Assembly: GCA_000934665.2 (NCBI GenBank)
Contig: KZ538045.1
Coordinates: 124,001 to 144,976 of the forward strand
DNA: 20,976 bases
Reading direction: 5' to 3'
Source: Catajapyx aquilonaris
Taxonomy: Eukaryota
Of the stretch, positions 9,565 to 19,581 are shown piece after piece. Position 1 is the first letter of the stretch. Each line of letters begins with the position of its first letter. The position numbers and the translations under genes were made by a program. A model generated the notes under the pieces. That model was not told the origin of the DNA, searched no databases, and saw only the letters and a list, made by a program, of their open reading frames with translations.

Positions 9565-9879
9565 GGAAAGCGTAACCCTTACTTGCGTGCGGGAGGTGGC
9601 AGGGTGAGTGGTGGCTGGGGGCAGCTTGGCTGTGTCGCAAAGGCAAGGATGAAAAGATTGATTTTTTTGGGATTTTGGAAGGGGTATGCTGTACCAACCT
9701 AACCAAACCAAGACTAACCTTCCTTCATTACAGATACAGACCTATCATTCTTCAGCCATACAGACCTATCTTCAGCGGATACACGCCTATCCTTTATCCT
9801 TGCCTTTGCGACACACCCCGCTGTCCCCACCGACTACTACCCTCCTGCCTCCTACACGCCAGTAAGGTCAACTGTATCC
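9565..9879. mobile_element. MITE with ~90-bp TIRs, GG..CC ends and 8-bp TSD (Merlin-like)
   Basis: TSD TCTTTTTC (9557-9564, 9880-9887); the arms share CCTTACTKGCGTG...TGTGTCGCAAAGGCAAGGAT; internal AACCTAACC motif. Confidence 0.75.
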
Positions 9880-9937
9880 TCTTTTTCTGCAGATTTTGTA
9901 TACTGCACATATAATCAGATTGCATGTGCTAAGGGTT

Positions 9938-10977
9938 GGGTGTAGCCAGGATCTTAGTCAGATGAGAGGAGGGAGGGCAAAACTTTACCATGAGGGGCAG
10001 AAATTTGCCAACAAATTATTGGAATATAAATGAAACTTCTTATACTAAAGCCACTAATTATATAGTTATTTCATGCTAATATTGTTCATATTGTATGTTA
10101 TCGGTTATATAGTGTGACTGGAAACAATACCAGCAAGCATTCTGGGATGATAGAGGGTACCAAGACTGGCAATTTTTGACAATAAACCCATAGTCAGAAA
10201 TTATTCCTGTTGACAATATGGAGCGGTGAGGCCATGAAATTAGCGCATGTTAGGCAGCTCTGCATGCACATGTGCAAGTGCACTGTGAACTAGACCCATT
10301 TATTGTGTCTACGTTGAAGTGTGTAGGTGTACCTGTCGTGTTTCATTTGTTCAGGCCTATAAAATGGTACACTGAAGCTAATTTGCAATCAATTAAAATC
10401 ACCAGCATTTTGGTTTCATTAAGTGACACAACTTGCCCCTGTTCTTGTATGTTGTCAATTGATATGATATTCACACTCATGAGTTATTGTTTACTGAAGA
10501 AAAATGTTTTATTTTTATGATGATACAAGTCTTAATGAAGCAGATTTGCCAGGGGTTTCTTTGTTGCCAGTTGCAATGTAGTACACTACCATTGTTGTTT
10601 AGTTACGTTTGGAAATAAAATTACGCAGAACTGCTGCTGACCCTTACCACTTGCATGGCACTCTTGCACTTACCAGGCACAATAAATGGGTCAAGTTCGC
10701 AGCGTGCATGTGCAAACGCCTGCAAGGACTGCCTACTCTACGCTGGGACTTCGGATGCCAATCAGTTGCCGCCTTTACCTCTCCATAGCATTGACAGGAA
10801 TCATTTACGACTATGGGTTTCTTGTCAAAAATTGCCAGTCTTGGTACCCTCGATCATCCCACAATGCTTGTTGGTATTGTTCCCAGCCACCCTGTATATT
10901 TTTTAAAACTGGAATGTTTTTCCAAAATTGGGGGGAGGAGGCGCTTCTGCACCTCTGTCCCACCCTGGCTAAAGCAT
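9938..10977. mobile_element. Degenerate GGGCGTAGCCAGG-type MITE (host of a nested element)
   Basis: Left GGGTGTAGCCAGG and right CCTGGCTAAAGC, preceded by a typical GGGGGG..GC..GCACC..CCC subterminal block. TSD not resolvable. Confidence 0.5.
10110..10894. mobile_element. Tc1/mariner-type MITE with ~210-bp TIRs
   Basis: TA TSD (10108-10109, 10895-10896); right end reads CAGGGTGGCTGGGAAC as reverse complement. Arms 10110-10321 and 10667-10894 include the identical GAGGGTACCAAGACTGGCAATTTTTGACAA. Confidence 0.85.
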
Positions 10978-11069
10978 CATTTGTAGTAAAATAATTAGTT
11001 CCATAACTAACTTTGTGAGTTGATTAATGTTTGCATCATATTACATGTTCAAGTGGAATTGATTCAGGA

Positions 11070-11880
11070 TTTAATTTTTTAACTTTATCTCCTTTTTGCA
11101 TGAAGGTGCTAAGTTTTTGCCTTTGGGGCATATGTTAAAACCCCTATTTGCTGGTACTATTTTTAATGCTCTAGGAATAAAATTGTGTGGCATGTGATTT
11201 TGATGAGTACAGCTATTACAAGTCCAGATCTGAAGTGTCTGATGGAAGAAGCAAGGAATACACCAGTTGTAATAATGTGGAGTTGTTTTTTTTACTAGTT
11301 CAGGGGTTATAGAAGGAATATTGGGTAAATATAGAGGGGTTTCAATCATGTAGAGCCAGTCCCTGCATTACGGGGCTCTGACATATGTAGATTTAGACTT
11401 GCGTAAAAAAATTTGTGGTATGTGCAACAAATCGACGGAACAAACTGGTAAGGTAAATATCTGTCAATTGCAAGAAGGCGTGTTAAATTTTGGCTCATGG
11501 CAACTTGAACCTGCCCACCAAAACTCATTCCCTCACTCAGTTTACATGTGACAGCTATATGTGTCCAGCTTCTGGGCCTCACAGGGAATCCCTTCCCTCT
11601 TACAATGACTTCTATAGAATATGACAGATTCCAGCATCGATGTATAAGGTCCAGTACACTATACTGGGTAATAAAAAACATGTTCTGAGTTCCATAAAAT
11701 TAGATTTATGGTAATATGTTGTTATGTTGAACAATCCACTTAAACATAAGTTGAGGACTTGCTGAATCAGGTGGCACCTTGGTCTCAACCTTCCACTTGA
11801 TGAAAGCCTTGTGGAAGTATTGGAAGGTGTAATTGGTAATTATGGAACTCTTGACCCCCCATATGCTATATTTTTCCCTC
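11070..11880 (-). pseudogene. Heavily decayed non-LTR retrotransposon ORF2 fragments (I/Jockey-like)
   Basis: Scattered minus-strand peptides KWIVQHNNILP, KSTYVR and ITTGVF..SHQTLQI occur in the order expected around a LINE RT. Core RT motifs are not visible. Confidence 0.35.
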
Positions 11881-11969
11881 TGAACTTGTACCTCTATACT
11901 GAATGTGATTGTGACATTGTTATTATTGTAACTAAACTAAACATATTTCAGGTCGCCAAACCTGTTTGA

Positions 11970-12081
11970 ATGCATGGCTGCCCAGCTCATGCGACCCCGA
12001 ATATGAACCCTCTGCCATCCCAAAGTGCCTACCTTGCTTATATGAATAGTGCACAGAGGGCCAGCCTTTACAAGGATCAAG
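11970..12081 (+). CDS. AMOT: Angiomotin, first coding exon (exon starts 11952; start ATG 11970 or 12003)
   Basis: Acceptor ACTAAACATATTTCAG| at 11951; in-frame TGA at 11967. Encodes MHGCPAHATPNMNPLPSQSAYLAYMNSAQRASLYKDQ. Donor AAG|GTGAGA, phase 1, matches the next exon. Confidence 0.65.
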
Positions 12082-12132
12082 GTGAGATCTTGCTTCAGAA
12101 AACAGTATGAAACCTCCAACTCATGGTTTCAG

Positions 12133-12213
12133 TCCCCTAAAAGGGCCGAATGGCCTTGTGGGGTAAATTTAAAAAATAAAAAATAACATAAAATAAATAA
12201 TAAATTTTAAAAA
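12133..12213 (+). mobile_element. Solo 3' tail retro-insert, copy 3
   Basis: TCCCC-TAAAA-GGGCC-GAAT-GGCCT-TGT-GGGG-TAAATTT plus an A-rich tail; perfect 15-bp TSD AACTCATGGTTTCAG (12118-12132, 12214-12228). Confidence 0.85.
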
Positions 12214-12487
12214 AACTCATGGTTTCAGCCATATTTTACTGATTTAAAGACATTATAGTGGGCATTAGAATCAGGACAGTCGAATATTTAAATTTTCAAA
12301 TTTAAAACATTCTGTATTAAATTGAGAGCTCTTATATGGCTTCCCACTAGTGCAAGGATGCTTACACATGTACTTTTTGTTCCATAAGAACAAGAAAGGC
12401 ATTGTTTTTTTTTCCTATGAAGCTGCACTTTGACAATTTTTTGACTGGTATGCTAAATAACTCAATTCCCTTCCCTCCATGGACCAG

Positions 12488-12692
12488 GTGGTCTGGCAGT
12501 GAGCCAGAGTGGAAGCGAGACTGACGTGTCAACTTCAACAGAGACCCTAAGCCAGGAAGAGAGGTATGTCATAGCGCACACCCAGCGGCAAGATCCCCAG
12601 GGAGAGGAGACCCATAGTTTGGATGCAGCCTCCGCTTTCAACACACTCATCATTCACCACTCCAGCTTGTCATCAGACCCCTGGGCCTCCAG
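12488..12692 (+). CDS. AMOT: Angiomotin coding exon 2
   Basis: Acceptor TTCCCTCCATGGACCAG| and donor AG|GTATGA. Encodes SQSGSETDVSTSTETLSQEERYVIAHTQRQDPQGEE, a conserved arthropod AMOT N-terminal block with a tankyrase-type RxxPxG motif. Confidence 0.9.
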
Positions 12693-13413
12693 GTATGACA
12701 CATTTATTGTGAAAAGAGTTACTGTAAGCAATATATGCTGTATGACCACTCTGACGACCCAAGCAAAAACCCTGTATGGGTGGTTTTTGTCATTTCGAGA
12801 TAATCGCATTTGAAGTTCGCATGCCTGCCTTCAATGACATACATACTGTACATGGTTTTACTATGTCCCTAACTTTGCAACGAAGGCTCATAGAGAAACA
12901 AGGTTTCTACCATTACCTGGGCCGCATAAAGGGGAGTGCAGTGGTATGCTTATCTCAACATACATCGCTTTTGCATGTGCTGGGTTTTTGCTTGGGGCGT
13001 CAGCACTACAAAGTGAGTTCTGGTAAAATCAATCAACATCGCATCAGACCAGTCGATGTATATGTTATCAGGGCATATGCATGTCAGAAAGGGCTTGTTG
13101 GGGGTGGTTAAAGAGCATGGTGATAATGGCTGGTCTTGACTTGCCTGCCTTCCATAAAGGGAGAAGTAAACAAATGTGATATTGTACAATTATCACTGAG
13201 TTGCTGCACAGTGGTTGTACAGTACCTTTCTTCTTGGACTACCCTGTATAGGGGGTCAAACCATCAATTATCACTTTCTTCTATGAAGTGCAGTAATGCC
13301 AAAGGGCCCGGGCTTTTTCTGTGCCACAGGTTGTGCAGCTGGCTTAAATCAGACCTAATTGAACCTTACCTCATTTGCTCAGTAATTTCCCATTTTTGTT
13401 ATCTTATGACTAG

Positions 13414-14010
13414 GTCTTCCACCATCCATGAAGCTCAGGATACACCTCCTCCACATCCCTCATCAGGAAGTCACCTGACCTACGAGATGGATTCGGGAGG
13501 GAATTCCTCCTCCTCATCTACAAAGGAGGCCTACCTGTTTCACTCCAGTGTTGACAGCAGTAATGCAAGAGGTAGTCGAGTGATGGGAGTGCAAGAGATA
13601 TCAGACATACCTGATGATTATCTAGACCAGTCTGAGGTGCTGAAGCATCTCGCAAAGGAGGTGAAGGGAGTGAAGGGTGGGGGTATTGCAGGGGCCAGTC
13701 CCACAAGTCAGGCTCCATCACAGAGCTCAGGTTATGGGTCAGACCAGGAGAAAGCCTCAGTGCACCCCAGAATGGTAGTGCCTACCACTCTGCCACCTCC
13801 TCCAGCTTACCCTAGATGGAGAGCTGCCAATCTTCCTCACTCCTCCCCTCCTTCCTCTTCCCATTCCTCATCGAGGTCAGCAACCAGTCACCTACAATCC
13901 AAGGAGAGGTGCATGTCACAGTCACAACCTGATCTCTCAAGGATTGGGGTCTACCAGCAGTCCACCCCAAAGACTGATGAACTCATGGCCAAAATTGGGC
14001 TTTGGACAAG
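13414..14010 (+). CDS. AMOT: Angiomotin coding exon 3
   Basis: Acceptor TTTTTGTTATCTTATGACTAG|G (phase 2) and donor AAG|GTGAGT. Contains the motifs DIPDDYLDQSEVLKHLAKEVK, LPPPPAYP (PPxY) and SQSQPDLS. Confidence 0.9.
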
Positions 14011-14338
14011 GTGAGTGTCTCATATACATACTGAGGTTTATTCTGTTGAAGAACTAGAGCTAACAAAAGAAGTTTTATATGTATTTGAAGATAAATACTG
14101 TGCACTCTTGATTCAACAGCTCACATGTTTTACAATTATTGGCTTAAAATACAATTCACAAAGGCAGTGTTGTATGGTTAGGTAGCATTCTGTGACAGGT
14201 CATTGTGCAACTTGTACCATCGTCTGGGCAATTTCATGCAGTGCATGTTCAATGCCATGTTACACATCTGAAACACCATCAAATTAGCATCCAATGCTAA
14301 AAAGCTAAAATTTATGGTCAATGATAAAATAGCAAATA

Positions 14339-15938
14339 CCTTACCCAAAATCCTGGGTTTATGCGCAACCCCCAGTTCGCAAGGCATTGCAGCTTAACTC
14401 GTACCAAATGTATGGGTGCCTGAGTGATAACCTTCGTGTAAAAACGTGCATTAACATGCAATGAAGGAAATGCATGTGCCAATGATTTGATTCAGACCAT
14501 ACGCAAGGGTCACGATTGGTGTGTACCATGGGCCACCCAATACACAAGGGAAGTGATATTACGGGCACCACCCTGTCACATGATATCAGTGCTGTCCCCC
14601 CATATGTGATTGCAAACAAATGTAGCTCCCATGATTCTGAGTCTATCTTGGCTGTAAAAGGCAGGAGAAACCGCCGCCCATGACTCATCACAGGGAAGAA
14701 GCATGACGAGAAGAGGGTTGCCTGTTGCACTAAGGGAGATCATCATCAAAAAGCTTTGGGATGGTGTTCCTTTTCAGCAGATAGGCCAGGAACGATTAGT
14801 TCCAGAGTCTATAATATACACGTTACTAAAGCATTAGGATGCCACTGGAACAGTTGAGCGGCAGAAAAGTCCGGGGCCACTAAAGTTGACAACAGCACAA
14901 GAAGACTGGATGCTGTGCTGGATTGTCAGGAAAAACAGACCAGCAACTTTGGTGGAGGTTACATCATTGTGACAGGAAAGCTTAGGGTGTCCATTTTCAA
15001 CGAAAATGACCAAGAATAGACAGAAGGACATGGGGTACAGGTCCAAAAGTCAAAGAGGAAACCACCCCCCAGTTCGTGAGTCATTGCGGAGTACTTCACC
15101 CTTCTGCCGAATGACTCTGCGAATGTTTCCATACAGCACCTCAATGCTGATTCGTCAGACCAAATCCATCTTCCAGTTGTTGAATGTCCAGTTTAGATGG
15201 TCTTGCGCCCATTGATTGTTTCTTCTGGACTCGGTTGAGGAGTAGTTTCACCTTTAACTTGTAGGGCCTTGTACCCCATGTCCTTCAGCCTCTTCATGGT
15301 TATTTTCGTCAAAAATGGACGCCCCAGGCTTTCCTGCCACAATGCTGCAGCCTCCGCAGAAGTGCCTGGTCTTTTTTCCTGACAATCCAGTGCAGCATTA
15401 GTCTTCTCGTGCTGTTGTCACTTTAGTGGCCCCAGACTTTTCTTCAGCTCAACTGTTCCTTTGGCCTTGTAGACTCGGGAACCAACAGTTCCCGGCCTAT
15501 CTGCCGAAGAGGAACAACATCCCAAAGCTTTTTGATGATGATCTCCCTGAGCGCAACAGGCAACCTTCTTCTCGCCATGCTTCTTCACTGTGATGAGTCA
15601 TAGGTGGCTGTTTCTCCAGCCCTTTGTAGCCAAGATGGGCTGAGAATCATGGGAGTTGCATTGGCTTGCAATGACACATGGACACACAGCTCTGACATCA
15701 TGTGATGAGGGGGTGCGCGTAATATCATTTCCCCTGTATACTAGGTGTCCCATCGTACGCACCCATCGTGACCCTTGTGTATAGTCCGAATCAAACCATT
15801 GGCACATGTATTTCCTTTCTTACATGTTAACGCACGTTTTTAAACAGAAGTCATCACTCACCCATAAGTTTCGTACAACTTATGCCGCAATGACTTGCAA
15901 ACTGGGGGGTGTGCGTAAACCCAGGAATTTTGGTAAGG
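14339..15938. mobile_element. Tc1-family foldback element: two inverted 5' halves
   Basis: TA flanks at 14337-14338 and 15939-15940; ~700-bp inverted arms (14339-~15063, ~15244-15938). Each arm encodes the transposase start M(T/A)RR.LPVALREIIIKKLWD.VP..QIG.E.LVPES (ATG 14703 plus, 15578 minus). The spacer continues the minus copy through WAQDHLNWT..W and WSDES (15148-15162). Confidence 0.9.
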
Positions 15939-16413
15939 TAATATTGAAGTTGCTAACCCTAAAATGACGATTAACTTTTAATAGCATCATTAGATGTAAA
16001 TTATAGCTGATCATACGCTCATTCATATTATTTTAAACCAGGAATTTTCTAGTCCTGTCCTAGTAGTAATTGGAATTTGATGAAACATTCTATTATCTGA
16101 AATCAATTATTGTCATTTTGCATGCTCTTATTTTGATAAAATATTATTACACCCAATCACACTACTGATTTCAATGCAAAGTGGCTTAACATGGTAGAAT
16201 TGTTGGTACAGGCCATAGGGTCTCTCCTCAGGTTATTGGTTTTGGTGAGCCAGGATGGGAAAGCTTACCTGCATGGCCTTACCCACACATTGCGGCCCTT
16301 GATTGTGTCATAGCATACATGAAAAGTGGAGGATGAATGTACATACACTCAGAAAATATAAGAGCATATCAATTCTTTCTTGATTGAACTTGTATTACAA
16401 AAAAAAAGGCCTT

Positions 16414-16598
16414 CTGGCAGTGGATGCAGAAAGTGGATTGTGAAGATGGAGTTTAAGCCACGACTCAGATCACGGTTTAAACCGGGGTTCCGTATGCAAA
16501 GACGGGGTTTATCCCAAGCTTTATACTGAAGAGAGGTTTAAACCGCGGCTCAATTAGATCGTGGTTTAAACAGGCCACGCCTTTGGAATCCACCCAGA
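16414..16598. mobile_element. Short Harbinger-like MITE
   Basis: Degenerate TIRs CTGGCAGTGGATGCAGAAAG / CTTTGGAATCCACCCAG with repeated GGTTTAAACC palindromic units inside. Confidence 0.55.
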
Positions 16599-16921
16599 AT
16601 ATCAATCTTTCAGTCAAGTACAGTGTTAACCCACTTATACTTACCTAATTAAGTTAGGAAGAGTGTAAGGATGATGGGTTTGTGTAGTTTGGTTGTGTTG
16701 GACCTTTTAATTACCTCAGATAGTGTCTGACAACCTTTCTATAGGCTGGGAGACAGTTCTAGCTGTAATAATAGCAGTGCACATGTTTCGAGAAAAATTT
16801 CATTTGGAATAATTATTGAGACATTTCGTGGTGTTGCTTGACTGGGACATAGAGTAATGTAATCATAGCATCCGAGCAGTAATTTCTAATGACGTTTTCT
16901 TGTTGCCTTTGATTATTGGAG

Positions 16922-17409
16922 GCGCCCCAAGACCCGTGGTCGCCTCAAAAAGGGCCAAGAGGACCCCTCCACTCCTGAAAAGAGTGGAGGAGACAGCAGT
17001 AGTGTGGGTGGAGGAAGTGGCCCTGTGGGTGGGAGTTACGCGTGGCCCCCATCCGAGATGGTTGAGATCTTGATGCGGGAGAACAGCGCTCTGAAGCTTG
17101 AGCTGGAAAATTGCTATCATAAGGTGGCATGCATGCAGAAGTTTGATCTGGAACTTGCCAAAGTGCATCAGGCTCATGAGTCCTTGGTGAAGTCATCGGA
17201 GAGGCGGGAGAGTCTGGAGAGGGCTGCCAGGGCTCGCCTGCAAGTGGAAGTCAGGAGGCTTCAGGAAGAGAAGAAAGACCTTCAGGGGCAGGTGGAAATG
17301 CTAGCTCAGCAATTCTTGAGCTCCTCGGCCAATCGGACTGATGCTGCCCAGGCCTTCCACAGAGAGGTCAACAGGAGGGATGTCATCATTGCACAACTAA
17401 TTTCCCAGA
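16922..17409 (+). CDS. AMOT: Angiomotin coding exon 4 (start of the coiled-coil domain); gene continues right of the window
   Basis: RPKTRGR...WPPSEMVEILMRENSALKLELENCYHKVACMQKFDLELAKVHQAHESLVKSSERRESLERAARARLQVEVRRLQEE is the angiomotin coiled-coil signature. Acceptor GAG|G (phase 2); donor CAGA|GTCAGT. Confidence 0.92.
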
Positions 17410-17660
17410 GTCAGTTACTAGAACATAATTTTTAAAGTAATATTTTAACTTTTCGTTGTCACCGTCTGAAACTTCACGTGGATGGTGCTTAATTATTATC
17501 TTGAAATCCCACGCGGTGTCATCGGCCACATCTCAATGAGCCAGCGGTCCTCTTTTTCGTCATGGCCAGCTGCACCAAACCCGGCCTTTGGACCAGTGCT
17601 AGCTGTTGACAAGTGGCCATGGGGTGACATCTCTGGCATTTTTTCATTACTTCCAATTAA

Positions 17661-18512
17661 CCCTTTGTCTCCTGCTCGATAATGCATTCTTTGGGTGGGG
17701 GTTTAAAAATAGCGCCCTAGATGAAAATCACTGGATCTGGTACGGTTGGTTTTGCTCTCGATTCATGCACAAGAGGGGGCTGAAGTGTCCGAGACTTACA
17801 AACCTGAGTTGGATCTTGAGAGAGCCATATACCCCCTCACATATGCTATCCATGAGAAGGTGACGTCATCCTATTGCTTCATCTACGTGGGTTTTTTTAG
17901 GCGGCTTCCACCCCTCGAAAAAATCCAAGATAATTCTATATGATTTCCCAGTCTCTCTGACGAATTATGAAAACATTAAGTGTTCATTTAAAAAAATTTA
18001 ATGGTCCAGTTTAAAAGGAGGTAAGGAGAGCCACCAGGTGCAAAAAAAAAGCTGGCTCAGGTGGCAAGTGGCCACTGCCTAGAGCTCGGAGCAGTCCGTC
18101 CGGCCAATTAGGAGCGAGGCCACTTTCACGGCTGCAATGGTGCCTGGGGAGTTTGCCTACCCTTCACAGATATTTCTGATTTTTTCACGCACGAAAAGTA
18201 AGTCGCAAAATTTCGGGAATAATCTTACGGTTTTCAGCGGCATGTCCCCTTACCGGGAAATATGTGGCAGGGAGCTATGTCTATTTAAATTCGTGCAGTG
18301 AGTGTTTGTTTACTATGAATGAGACCTTTGGCCTGTGACATCTTGCCATTAAAAACATCAGGCGAGTGGTGTAAATATTCATGAACATAGAAACTATGAA
18401 CATTTCCTGAGGCACAAGAAATTTCCGTCGGGGTTATACCAGTGAATAAAAAATAAACAAAATTGTTTGGTCGTATGATCATACAACCAACATGGGCGCG
18501 GGAGACAAAGTG
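17661..18512. mobile_element. piggyBac-type non-autonomous element
   Basis: TTAA|CCCTTTGTCTCCTGC at left and GCGGGAGACAAAGTG|TTAG at right (TIR 13/15 match, TSD with one substitution). Confidence 0.65.
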
Positions 18513-18861
18513 TTAGTCAGCTGTAATGCGCCAAATTCAATGTCCAGAAATGTTACATCCATGTTTCATAGTTGTCTAATATTGGCCCAATGTGTGTAAA
18601 GAAATTCCTCACCTTTCATTACAATTTAGGAAGGAAATCGCGAAATTTAGAAATTAAGCCATGAAAGTCATTGCTAGAGCCTATATCAAAGATTGCTGCC
18701 ATGTCATTGCATTTTTGCTCATTACAAACTTTGTTATGCCTTGTTTTTCACCATCGTGCAACAAAATGATGCCAATAAGAATTGTTAACTTCAACTCCAA
18801 AACATTTTCATGGATAATTTTGCCAAATCTCAAATTACCCTCTGAAGATTTGATCTGATAC

Positions 18862-19211
18862 GGGGAGGCGAAGTGGCGCTGCGGTAACGTATGCGCCCGC
18901 GGATGTTAAGGTCCCGGGTTCGATCCCAACCCGGGGTTCCCCCCTTCATCTCGCGCAGAGTAAGACCGTCTCTGGCTTCGTTTCGGGTGGCGATCCTTCC
19001 ACATATGCCACCCGGGGGAGTTCACAAAGCGGCACATCAACGTCTGTGCACACGCACTTTGCACATCCCCTCCCAGTTTCCCTGCCCGTGGGTCCGGGCG
19101 TATTCAAAAATAGACAACAGCCCTTTCCCTCCTATGGTGGTAGTCCACCCCCCTATAGACGAAACAGGTCATCACGGGGTACTTCAAAATAAATAAAAAA
19201 TAAAATAAAAA
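18862..19211 (+). mobile_element. Full-length tRNA-derived SINE
   Basis: A box TGGCGCTGCGG (18874-18884), B box GGTTCGATCCC (18917-18927), A-rich tail and 17-bp TSD AAGATTKGATCTGATAC (18845-18861, 19212-19228). CpG rich, so probably young. Confidence 0.92.
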
Positions 19212-19581
19212 AAGATTGGATCTGATACAAAATGCATCCTAAAGTTTTGTAACCCTCATGCAGGCCTGAGTGGCCTAGTAGAAGTAATTGTGATTAGGTA
19301 AATTGTTACACCTCCGTGATAGCTTGCTATGGGCAAAATTGCATTGAAATGTGAGTTGAAGGACATATTTTAAGTGATTGATTTTGTAGCCTGACCCACC
19401 AAGAAATTATTTTCTCAGCAGTCCGTCTTGGGGACATGTCCTAGTTATTGATGAAAAATAATAACCAAGATGTACACTCTGTGCAGGCATATGTTGATGC
19501 GAATTGAACAATATTGTTGACTGAGATAGATGAGTGCTAAGGTGAAAGGGCATAACACATTTAATCAGTCTAATATATTTA

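Noticed and set aside
12770..13110. 111-aa ORF / possible DNA-transposon relic (TTCGAGATAATCGCATTTGAAGTT motif)
   Set aside because: Intronic; no TIR pair or TSD could be defined and no protein motif was recognised.
13136..13413. N-terminal 93 codons of the 292-aa ORF
   Set aside because: Upstream of the clear acceptor at 13413, starts at TTG and has intron-like composition.
14280..16005. Weak extension of the inverted repeat outside the Tc1 TA flanks
   Set aside because: Similarity is patchy and AT-rich; it cannot be distinguished from chance or an older MITE without alignment statistics.
18866..18935. Possible tRNA gene
   Set aside because: A and B boxes are present, but there is no proper acceptor stem, and it continues into a body and A-rich tail bounded by a 17-bp TSD, so it is a SINE head.
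19252..19290. CCCTCATGCAGGCC-TGAGT-GGCCTAGTAGAAG as a sixth structured-tail copy
   Set aside because: The inner stem fits, but the closing GGGG, A-rich tail and TSD are missing.
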